The notes under the pieces are model-generated. The model ran no database searches. It was not told the DNA's origin and worked only from the letters and a program-made list of their open reading frames with translations. Shown here piece by piece: positions 1 through 11,648 of a DNA stretch of 64,000 bases (the stretch's first letter is position 1; each line of letters opens with the position of its first letter). The position numbers were made by a program, and so were the translations under genes. Source of the DNA: the human T2T-CHM13v2.0 reference genome, Homo sapiens; assembly GCF_009914755.1 (NCBI RefSeq), contig NC_060938.1, one strand, 5' to 3'.

Positions 1-368
1 CCACCGCACTCCAGCTTGGGCTACAGAATGAGACTTTATCTAAAAAAAAAAAAAAAGGCCAGGTACGTTGGCTCATGCCTGTAATTCCAACATTTTGGGA
101 GGCCAGGGTGGGAGGATCACTTGAGCCCAGGAGTTTGAGAACAACCTGGGCAATATAATGACACCCCGTCTCTACAGACAATAAAATAACTAGCTGGGCA
201 TGGTTGTGTATGCCTGTATTCCCAGGTATTCGGGAGGCTGAGTTGGGAGGATTGCCTGAGCCCAGGAGTTCAAGGCTGCAGCAAGTCACGTTCACACCAC
301 TGCACTCCATCCAGCCTGGGCAACAGAGTAAAACCCTGTCTCACAAAAAAAAAAAAAAAAAAAAAAAA
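1..368 (+). mobile_element. Alu 3' end (1-56) plus AluJ-like element (57-368)
   Basis: Alu consensus motifs and poly(A) tails. Confidence 0.9.
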
Positions 369-433
369 TTACAGCCATCCCAGTGGGTGTGAAGTGGGAA
401 CTCACTGTGGTTTTGATTTGTATTTTCTTTTTT

Positions 434-964
434 AAGTGAAAGCAAGTTTATTAAGAAAGCAAAGGAATAAAGAATGGCTATTCCATAGGCAGAGCCCATT
501 GCCACTCAGCTGCTTATACTTATTGTTACTTCTTGATTGTATGCTAAACAAGGGGTGGATTATTCATGAGTTTTATGGGAAAGGGGTGGGCAGTATCTGG
601 AACTGAGGGTTTCTCCCCTTTGTAGACCATACAGGGCAACTTCCTGACGTTGCCATGGTATCTGGAAACTGTCATGGTGCTGGTGGAAGTGTCTTTTAGC
701 ATGCTGATGCATTATAATTAGAGTATAATGAATAGTAAGGACAACCAGAGGTCACTTTCATCGCCATCTTGGTTTTGGTCAGCTTCTTTACTGCAGCCTG
801 TTTCATCATTAAGGTCTTTATTACCTGTATCTTGTGCCGACCTCCTGTCTCATCCTGTGACTTAGAATGCCTAACCTCCTGGGAATGTAGCCCAGTGGGT
901 CTCAGCCTTATTTTACTCACCCCCTATTCAAGATGGAGTTTCTCTGGTTCAGACACCCCTGACA
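434..964 (-). mobile_element. MER41 3' LTR, U3-R only (no U5)
   Basis: Minus strand starts TGTCAGGGGTGTCTGAACCAGAG..CTCCATCTTGAATAGGGG after a polypurine tract (970-984) and ends 13 nt past AATAAA (tttatt 447-452). Confidence 0.9.
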
Positions 965-2399
965 TGTTTCCCCCCTCCCTTTTACAGCAGAACCCTTAAT
1001 CCTAACAGTCGTAGAGGGACAAAGATCCATCTTCTGTAACTTCTTCAGGCTGAATGGGGCGATGATATTCCTGCCTAACTATGAGGGTCTCTTGTATTCA
1101 GGGTAGAGAAGAGCTCAGTCAGAAAGCATCAATATGGTGAGGGCCATTCATAGCTCTGAGTTCCAACAAAAGGTGGTATCTGGAAGATTAATAAGTGTTC
1201 AGTTTAAGAAAACATTCAGTAAACTTATCCTGCATTCCTACACAAAGAGTACAACAGCAATATATTCCACAACAGTAAAGTAGAATAACTAAAATTATCC
1301 TGAGTAAACTAAACAAGAAGGCTTTCCATGAACTGGGCAGTTGTTGAAACCAAACTGATACATCGGGTTGCTAGCCGACTCCAGTATGTGCCCAGAATTA
1401 GAATATTGATCCAGATTTTTACATTACCCATCTCTCTTGTTTCTTGTGAGCAGCAGCCAGAGATCACTGATTGGTTCACAGGAGTAAGCAGGGTTAGCCT
1501 AAGTTGCAGAAAAAAAACTTAAAAACAACTGATGAGACTAGAATCTAGTAACAGGTGTACCAAGTTCCTGAAACATAATTTATTTTCTCTCTCCGGTCTC
1601 CCATTTTTACTGAAGACAAATCATGGTACAACTGATTTGCTTTATTATACTTGGCCTGATTATTTGTATAAAGTGCAGCAAGAACAGTTATTTTTCACAT
1701 AGGTTTTTAAAATTGGCTTTGATGAAACTTCATTCCATAAAAGGAAGCTTAGATAAGACTTTTTGTTAAAGCCAAGCCCAGCCATGGGTTTGTACCCTCA
1801 AATAACCTGTGAGTTGGGAAATTCCTCTCCTCTTGAGGTCCCAAGATGGCGTGGGGTTCCTGGGCCTGTCGGAAAGTGACATTCTTTACTAACCACAGGT
1901 CAGGAACCCTGCACAGGAACTGTGTAGACAAGGTATGAGGCCAGTTTTCCCAAGGAACTTTTATTGGCTCCATAAGTCAAGTTTGAGTCCTTAAAGGAAA
2001 GCACACCATTCCCATCAAAGTCCTGGTAAAACAACTAGTTTCTCTAATTGTGTCCTGTTGCAAAAGAAAACAGATTCTTATTGCACTTGTGCAAATAACT
2101 ATATTGCCATAAGTTAATACTCACAAATAGTTTCCAAATTCCAGAGAAAGCAGGTAGAGAAAAACAAATATGCTCCAAATTTTGTTCACAGGAGTATACT
2201 TTACTCAATTGTCAAAAGCTGTAAGTAGCTCAAAAGTTTTCTTGGCTCTGAAAAACAAAAATGATCAGCAACGTTTTAAGCAAAAAGTCAGAAAAGATTA
2301 CTTGAGTCTTTTGTTCAGTCCATGCAGTTAACTCCTGTTCTACTTGATATTCATAATCATTTCAGCTCTCCATGAGAGTCCTGAAAGAACCTCTGTTCT

Positions 2400-2699
<300 letters not shown>

Positions 2700-5600
2700 T
2701 AAGAACCTCTATTCTAATGTCACAATCTCCAAAGTTATTAGAAACCTGCATCCAAGAGCACCTGTTGAAGTCCTATAATAGCTGACTATAAACCACCTTT
2801 TGAAGAGGATCAACACAGCAGTTGTCTGTGGTTGACAGAAAGTCTTAAGGCAGCCACTATTAAAGGCACAATTGACTAGGAATTTTGATTACTTTTGTGG
2901 CATACGATTTTACATAATAATTGTAATTATTAGTAACATATGCTAAGTCATATCACAATTCTAGGAGTTTCCCATTACTTTGGAACACATACCAATAACA
3001 TATTTATATAAATACAGGTCAAAGAAAGCCAAACACCATTTCATATTTGACAGTGCTTCCTGTATGATTTTTATACCAAATAAGCCAAATTTCACCATTG
3101 CATTAGTGTACTATTAATGTTAAACCCAATTCTTAATAAAACATTATAGACAAATCTACCCAATTTTAATGTCAGACCAGAAGGTAAGATTCTTATAAAC
3201 CTTTTATAACCCTTTACAAATTTTTGTTAAAGAGCAGATCAGTGCTCTAAGAAAACCTTGTTACGCTTTTATTCCAGTGTTCAATTTACGGAACTGTATC
3301 ATACCCCTTTAACTTCAGCCAGTATGTTCACACACAGAATTTCTTTTAAAAGATTAATTTTTCACAAAATTTCCACAACTTTTGCAAACCTTCAGCTTTA
3401 TCCTAACTTAAAACAATCCCTTAACCCTTTAATTTAGGCCAAAAAAAAAAAAAATCCACATTCACATGTCTCCTTCTCTTTTACCAAAAACACATTTCAC
3501 TTTCCCTACACACCTTGCATGTAAAACTGTTTTTCCAGTAGTCTCAAGTAGATGTTACACTGTTAACTCTTAGCAGTGTTTATTTTTAGTGAAAAACTTG
3601 GTAAGCAATTTTAATTATGTACTAGGTATGGAGCCTAGGACACCAGGCAGAAGTGCAGATAAGGTCTGACACTTACTAGCATAGCTAGGAGGCATGGCTA
3701 ACTCCACATGTCCCTAGGCCTTACCTAGAATCTAATGGCTGTAGGTAAGTTTAACAATTTTCAAAAGTCAAAGAGGCAGTTTATAAAGTTAAAGCGTTTA
3801 GCAAACCTAAAATTTGACCTGCCTGATTTAGACCGAATGTCTTTATTTTACCAATAATCTTTAAAATTTTCTTTACTTCCCACAGCTTAAGTCACACGAA
3901 TTAAAAGGCATTACGCTTTTTATTTTTCTGACAAAATATTTGATTTAAACACTTATTTTTAAGCCAATTAATCAAAGCCTTTTATATCACACACACAACA
4001 CATATAAATACACAGACAGAAGAAAATGTAGTAGTTGTAAGGTTTTTCCTTTGCCAGTTTCTTAATTGGATTAGTGGCTTTATGGTGGAGCCCTGGAGGA
4101 ACAGGGCAAGGAAAGCATGCAGTTTCTATGGCCTAATAAGCAGGCACAATTGGAAGGCAAGACAGAGCCCCAAAACTTGAGGGTCCCATTTTTATATTGA
4201 TCCTGGATCCCCCAAAGAGAAACGCTACAGAACACAACAGTGCAATGATTTTACCACATATTTCATTGCCAGGCAACCCAGAGCCAATCAGCCCTTTCTG
4301 AGATCAGCCCATCCCCCATGGGAGTCTTATCTCTCAGTGGGGAAGGGTGAGGACATCTCCATACCTTCCAGGTGGCCAAGAGCATGCTCTTAATCCAGAC
4401 ACACAAAGATCCAAGTATCCCCCACAGTGCCATTTAGCCATCCCCAAAAGTATTAAATGTATTTCCTACCTAGTTATATTACACACCAAAGTTCTCTCAT
4501 AATGTGAAGTAATTTCTGATACCCCCAAAGTAAAAAACAGATAATGCAGTGCAAAACAGAACAGAGCCATAGATTTTGAGAGGGATCTATCCACTTTTAA
4601 TAATTCTCGGGGTTCCATGAGGAAAATAGAGGTTTTTCCCAAAACAGGGTATGTGGTGCCTCCTCTGTTTTTCCTAAGAAGTCCCAGGCTGTTAGAGCTT
4701 GAATATCGACTTTTAATTAAGCTGACTTTTAACCATAGCACTCTTTAAAAAGTCGTTTTAAATATCTTATTACCCAACTTTAGCCACGCCAAACTGCCAA
4801 TATTCCTGGCTTTTTAACTTTTCCAAATGTAACCTCCCAGGTGCTGAGAGAAAGGAAAATTTAAGACAGTTTATGAAAGGGAGGAGAATCAACAAATGGC
4901 ACAGGTCACCCAAATGCCAACCAGAAAGTGCTCATTTTCTAGGCTAAAAATTGAACCTGAACTCAGGCCACCATTGTGAAAAGACAAAGCCTTAACTGCT
5001 AAGCTACAGCATTGGGCAGTTTCCACTGCTTTTCCCAGAAGGAGCCCAGAGCAGTAAATTTTGAGCTTGCAAAGGCTTTTAACTGCTCAAGATAATTTGT
5101 AGAGCTAACTACTACCCCAAAATCCCTGTTGCCTGGAAGGCAGAGACAAAGAGAAAGTACTGCCATATGATTACAAGGTCAAGCTCTCAGGGACATTTCT
5201 CAACATGTGGTCTTTGGGCAAGATGGTGGCCCTGAATAACAGAAAAGATAGGAAAGGGAAAGGAAAGAAAGGGAGAAAAGCATTGCCTGCAGCAGGCTGG
5301 GGAATGCAAGAAGCTCAGGGAGGCCAGAGAAAGACCCGCCCATTGCAGCTGACACTGAATCAGAAGTTCAGGTGGCTGCTTTTTGGGAGCGTAGGGATCT
5401 TTCCCAGCATTCCCATCAGCTCTAGTTTCCCCTTTTGGGGAGGAAAAAGCTCCCCATGTCCCATAATCTTGGACATGTCTAGTTCTGTCACCCACAGCCA
5501 TCAGCAAAGAGTGCAAGGCAGATTAATCCAAAGAGAATAGCAGTTAACATCCCATAGTGCCAAACTGGTTCTTAGTCGAGAGGGACTCTACTGAGAGGGG

Positions 5601-5876
5601 CCTCCAACCCCCTAAATTTTAGGAAGGACTCTAACCTTCCTAAGTTGGGCATCAAACCCAAGTTCAGTCAAGCGTGCTTGCCTTTTATTAACAGGCACCT
5701 TTATCCCTCTCTTAGGAGAGACTCTAACTCTCCTAAGTTGGGCCTCTAACCCAATCCCATCCTTTACCCAGGTAACTGCATCCCACTTACCCAAGGTCGG
5801 CCAATCAGTGCTGCAGTCTATTTCCTTTGGGTTGGGAGTCTCCTCAGTATCATCCCTTTGGGGCTTGCCAGGAAGA

Positions 5877-6022
5877 TGTTACCGGAAAGGGGTCCCAATC
5901 CAGACCCCAAGAGAGGGTTATTGAATCTCATGCAAGAAAGAATTCAGGGTGAGTCTATAAAGTGAAAGCAAGTTTATTATAGAAGTAAATAAAAAAGTGG
6001 CTACTCAATAGGCAGAGCAGCC
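5877..6022 (-). mobile_element. MER41 5' LTR, R-U5 only (no U3)
   Basis: Minus strand GGCTGCTCTGCCTAT...AATAAACTTGCTTTCAC...GGGACCCCTTTCCGGTAACA, then PBS-like TGGCAAGCCCCAAAGGGA (5870-5853). Confidence 0.9.
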
Positions 6023-6493
6023 GATTTGTATTTTCTTAATGATATTGATATTGGACATCTTTTTATGCGCTTGTTGAATATTTCAGTATCTTCCTTGGAG
6101 AAACGTTTATACAGATCCTTTGCTCATTTTAAAATTGGGTTGTCTTTTTGTGGTTGAGTTATAAGAGTGCTTTATATATATCCTGGATGCTAAACCCTTA
6201 TTAGATATGTGATTTGCAAGTATTTCCTCCCATTCTGTTAATTGTCTTTTCACTTTATTGATAATCTCATTTGGTGCTCAAAAGTTTTTCATTTTGATGA
6301 ATGAAGTTCAGTTTATCTAGTTTTTTATTTTGTTGCTTATACTTTTGTTGTTGTATCTAAGAATCCATTGCCAAATTCAGGGTCATTAAAGATTTACCTC
6401 CTGTGTTTTCTTCTAAGAGCTTTCTAATATATTTTTTGGGGATCTCATTCATTTTTGAAAGATAGTTTTACTGGATATAGAATTCTTGGTTGA

Positions 6494-6668
6494 AAAATAG
6501 CCAGACATGATGGCACTGGCCTGTAGTCCCAGCTCCCAGAGAGACTGAGGCAGGAGGATTGCTTGATCCCAGGAGTTGGAGACTGCCGTGAGCTATGATT
6601 GCACCACACTGCACTCCAGCCTGGGTGACAGAGTAAGATCCCTTCTCCAAAAAAAAAAAAAAAAAAAA
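6494..6668 (+). mobile_element. Alu right monomer/FRAM-like
   Basis: Single monomer with A tail. Confidence 0.8.
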
Positions 6669-8342
6669 TTATTGGTTGACAGATTTTTTTCTTTCAGCCC
6701 TTTAATTTGTCACCTTTCGGCCTCCATGGCTTTAGATGAGAAATCAGTTGTTAATCTTACTGAGAAATCCTTGTACTTGAAGAGTCACTTCTCTCTTGCT
6801 GCTTTCTACAGTTTGGCTACAGTGTGTCTGGGTGTGGCTCTTTGAATTTATCCTACTTGGAGTTTGTCGAGCTTCCTGGTTATGCAGATTAATGTTTCTC
6901 ATTAAATACAGGACTTTTCTACCATTATTTCTTCAAACTTTTTTTTGTCTTTTTTTCTCTCTGTCTTTCTAAGACCCTATAATATGTATGTTGGTACAAT
7001 TGATGGTGTCCCACAAGTCTCTGAGGCTGTTTATTTTCTTCATTATTTTTTCTTCTGTTCCTTACACTTTATAATCTCAATTATCCTATCTTTAAGTTCT
7101 CTGATTCTTACTGCTGTTTATTTCTGCTGTTGAGCCCCTGCAGTGAATTTTTCATTTCAGTTTTTGTGCTTTTCAACTCCAGAATTTTTGTTTGGTTCTT
7201 TTTTTAAACTATTTTTTTCTTTATCAATATTTTCTATTCAGTGAGACATTGTTCTGATGGATCTTGTAGATTTTTGAACATGGTTTTCTTTAGTTCTTTG
7301 AACATATTTAAAATAGCATATTTAAAGTCTTCATCCATACGTCTAATGCCTGGGCTTCCTCTTAAACAATTTCTGTTAGTTGCCTTTTTTCTGCATGTGA
7401 ACCATACTTTCTTGTTTCTTTGCATGCCTTGTGATATTTTGTTGAAAACTGGAACTTTTGAATTTTTACCGTGGCAACTCTGGAAATGAGATTCTTCCTT
7501 CTCCCCCAGGGTTTATTGACTGCTTGTTACAGTCATTGTTTGTATAGTTACTTTTCTGAGCTAATTTTATATAGTATATATTCTTTATCATGTGTGGCCT
7601 CTGAGTTCTCTGTTCCATTAATATAGTGGTCAGCTTGTGATTAGACAGAGATTTAAGCGCCTAGAACAAAAAATGTCTCCCAGTCTTTTGAGATGAGGTC
7701 TGTGTGTATGTTGGAGCACACCTTCAACACTCAGCCAGGCATTTGACGGTGATCCCTGAGCATTCGCTGCCTGCTTGCACAGATCCTGAAGGTCAGCCAG
7801 AGGTGAAAGCCTAGGGCCTTTTCAGGTCTTTCCTGAACATGTACACAGCCCTGGGCATTTGTGGAGCCTTCTGGATTTCCAAGAATGTGTCAGAGCTTTT
7901 CAAACCTTTATTTTCCAAAACATCTTACTCCTCAGCTTTTCTTCCCAAGCTTTTGGTTAAATCTATTGTTTGCCTCAACTGTTATTCAGTGCTTCAGGCA
8001 GCAGCAAATATGTTTGTCTGTAAATGTTTCCAATAACCTTTTCCCATCTTTCCCTAGTAGATGCCTCAGCACTGGGAGGTAAAGTCAAGCCCTTTGAGCC
8101 AGTCTTCCAGGGACTCAGTAGACAGGTCGAAACAAACAACTGCAGTTCTTTGCCGATGAGGCCCATTCTGCTCCCTCTGGGACCAGTGCATGCACCGGAG
8201 TGGCAGCCTCTTGTCTTCTAGGCCACTGCGGCAGCCAGGATGGGACCAGAGAAAGTTAAAATGCCATGGAACTCGCGGTTCTTGCTGAGATTCACCTGGT
8301 TTTTCTTGATTAAGCATTCTTCTGATTGCTGCAAGTTTTTAA

Positions 8343-8694
<352 letters not shown>

Positions 8695-9743
8695 TAGTTT
8701 TTGCCAGTTTTTAAAATGTGTATATTGAAGGATGGACTTTGAGTTCCTTACTCAGCCATTTTTGTGGACATGATTTACTAGTCATAATTTAAATTGAATA
8801 TTTTAGGACATATTAAATTATGATCAGTTTCGAGGTTGCCAAATTTACGTACACCTTACTTGGTTACACAAGAGATTTAAGATGGCTTACAAGGATAAAT
8901 AGCATAAGAGATGCAATAAATTATCATTGTCAGTATTTGTTGGGTTGAGGGCATGTTAGTAAAAACTGCCCTCCCTGCTGTTAAGAACTTGATCCTACAG
9001 ACAGAAATGTTTCCTTGGCAGCCTTGAGATTCTTGCCCTCTCTCTGTTACGTCAGTGGTGGGGAACCTGGGGCAGATTCGCCTCCGTGGCTTCTCCTGCA
9101 TGACTGCGTTGGGCTGAGGGAGATATGCCAGGTTAGTGCCCAGCAGTAGGGATGGTTGTTACTGTCTGCCTCTGAGTTGATTGTGAGAAATGTGTCTCCA
9201 GTGTTGGTTTTCCTAAATCTAAAACTCTCCTTTGCTCAGGACAGGACAGGTAAGTGTTTATATCCTATTTGAGGACTTAAGACATCATGTCTATTGTCCT
9301 ATTTGCTTCAGGAGGTGATCAGGGGATTCTTACACTTCAGATCAGAAGTGACTGCTCTTGGTGGCTGTTGATCACTGGGAGAGTCAAGAGTCATCAGTAA
9401 ACCTGAGACTTGTCCATCCCCTGGTTCTGGTGCCTGTTGAGGTGTCTGTCTCCTGCTTTCCCAGGAGCCAGTTCAGTCCTGTGGCCACCTCATTGATATA
9501 GAAGGTCACGGGGCTGCTGGCTGGGCTCTGCTCAGGGTTCGTGTCATTTCTTTCTTCAGCTTTTGTTTAGAAAGCATATTTTCCTTGAGCAATGTCTGTC
9601 AATTTGACATAGTGGCTCATTTACTAGTCTTACTTGAGAACACCTCCTTTTGACATTGCTTCTGTGATAGAATTAGAGCTGCTTTCTGTTTTTATATATT
9701 GGATTGTCCCTTTTTCATCAGCATCACTCATAAGTTAATCTGA

Positions 9744-10046
9744 ATTTTTTTTTTTTTTTTTTTTGAGATGGAGTCTCATTCTGTCACCGAGGCTGGAGTG
9801 CAGTGGCACGATCTCGGGTCACTGAAACCTCTGCCTCCCAGGTTCAAGCAATTCTCCTGCCTCAGCCTCCCAAGTAGCTGGGACTACAGGCATGTGCCAC
9901 CATGCCCAACTAATTTTTGTATTTTAGTAGAGACGGGGTTTCACCATGTTGGCCAGGGCTGGTCTTGAACTCCTGACCTCAAGTGATTTAGCCGCCTCAG
10001 CCTCCCAAAGTGCTGGGATTACAGGCGTGAGCCACTGTGACTGGCC
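9744..10046 (-). mobile_element. AluS
   Basis: Full-length antisense Alu with T tract. Confidence 0.92.
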
Positions 10047-10102
10047 TAATAAAATTAAGATTTCTCTTCATTAAAAGACACTATAAATAAAGTCAAGCCA
10101 TA

Positions 10103-10210
10103 GTGCTGGCTTTGGCAGCACATATACTAAAATTGGAATGATACAGAGAAGATTAGCATGGCCCCTGCACAAGGATGACATGCAAATTCATGAAGCAGTT
10201 CCGTATTTTT
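10103..10210 (+). pseudogene. U6 snRNA retro-pseudogene (full length), 5' part of a U6-L1 chimera
   Basis: GTGCTGGCTTTGGCAGCACATATACTAAAATTGGAATGATACAGAGAAGATTAGCATGG...TATTTTT; 7 substitutions (5 CpG transitions) + 1 insertion vs U6; ACAGAGA box intact. Confidence 0.97.
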
Positions 10211-10671
10211 AAAACACATGCACACATATGTTTATTGCAGCACTATTTACAATAGCAAAGACTTGGAACCAACCCAAATGCCCATCAGTGATAGACTGGA
10301 TAAAGAAAATGTGGCACATATACACCGTGGAATACTATGCAGCCATAAAAAAGAATGAGTTCATGACCTTTGCAGGGACATGGATGAAGCTGGAAACCAT
10401 CATTCTCAGCAAACTAACAGAGGAATAGAAAACCAAACACCACATGTTCTCACTCGTAAGTGGGAGTTGAACAGTGAGAACACATGGACACAGGGAGGGG
10501 AACATCACACACTGGGGCCTGTCGGAGGGTGGGGATAGCATTAGGAGAAATACCTAATGTAGATGACGGGTTGATGGGTGCAGCAAACCACAACGGCACG
10601 TGTATACCCATATAACAAGTCTGCATGTACTGCACATGTATCCTAGAACTTAAAGTATAATAATTTAAAAA
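10211..10671 (+). mobile_element. L1PA 3' end (L1PA7/8-like) fused to U6
   Basis: ORF2 C-terminus MFIAALFTIAKTWNQPKCPS..., L1 3'UTR and A tail; shared TSD with U6. Confidence 0.93.
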
Positions 10672-10809
10672 AAAGTCAAGCTATAAATAGGGAAAAGACA
10701 TCTGTAATACATAAAACTAACAAAGGATTAGCTGTTAACATATTAAATAGATGGGGAATCTCCCCAAATCAATATTACGAGACAGGAACCCAATTAAAAA
10801 AATGACACC

Positions 10810-11092
10810 ACCAGGCGCAGTGGTTCATGCCTGTAATCCCAGCACTTTGGGAGGCTGATGTGGAAGGATCATTTGAGGCCAGGAGTTTGAGAGCAGACTG
10901 GGGAACATAGCGAGACCCCCAGCTCCTGAAAAAATAAAAAAATTAGCTGGGCATGGTGGCATGTGCCTATAATCCTAGCTACTCTGGAGGCTGAGGTGGG
11001 AGGATTGCTTGAGCCCAGGGGGTCGAGGCTGCAGTGAGCCATGATGGCACCACTATACTCCAGCCTGGGCAACAGAACGAGACTCCATCTCT

Positions 11093-11141
<49 letters not shown>
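10810..11141 (+). mobile_element. AluJ with tail converted to a (CA)n microsatellite (~11098-11140)
   Basis: Alu body followed by ~21 CA units. Confidence 0.9.
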
Positions 11142-11143
<2 letters not shown>

Positions 11144-11457
11144 CAATGACAAGAAGGCACAATTTGGCATTTCACGGAAGAGAAAACAAGTGGCCTCTCA
11201 GCATATGAAAAGATGCCAAACCTTTCTAATCAGGATAAGGGGCATAAAGACCATAGTCCTTGGTTGGTAGAAATTAAGATGACTGATAACTGTAAGTGTT
11301 GGTGAGAGTGTGGTTTCATAGAAATTCTTGTGCTGCTAGTGGAAGTATTTGTTGTTACCTCTGCTTTGGAGAGCAGTTTGGCACTCATTTACAAAACTGG
11401 CCTTTCGTACAACCTACACACCAGCGACTCCTCTCTGCTCTTTAGATGTAGAGTCCA

Positions 11458-11648
11458 GAGCAAGGACTGGTAAACTCTTTCTGTTACGGGCAAGAGAGTA
11501 AATATCCTAGGCTTTGTGGACTACATACACACTTAGTCTTTGTTTTTATAACACTTAAAAAATCTAAAAAGCATTCTTAGTTCAAAGACCTTACAAAAAT
11601 AGGCTGCTGGCTGGATTTGATTTGCAGGCTGTAGTTTGCCAATTCCTG
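11458..11648. mobile_element. MER58-like hAT-Charlie DNA transposon
   Basis: Terminal motif ...ggatttg...gctgtagtttgccaattcctg and ggtaaactctttctgt...agtaaatat. Confidence 0.65.

Noticed and set aside
10103-10210. Functional U6 gene
   Set aside because: CpG-decay mutations, an insertion, fusion to L1, TSD flanks and no recognisable PSE.
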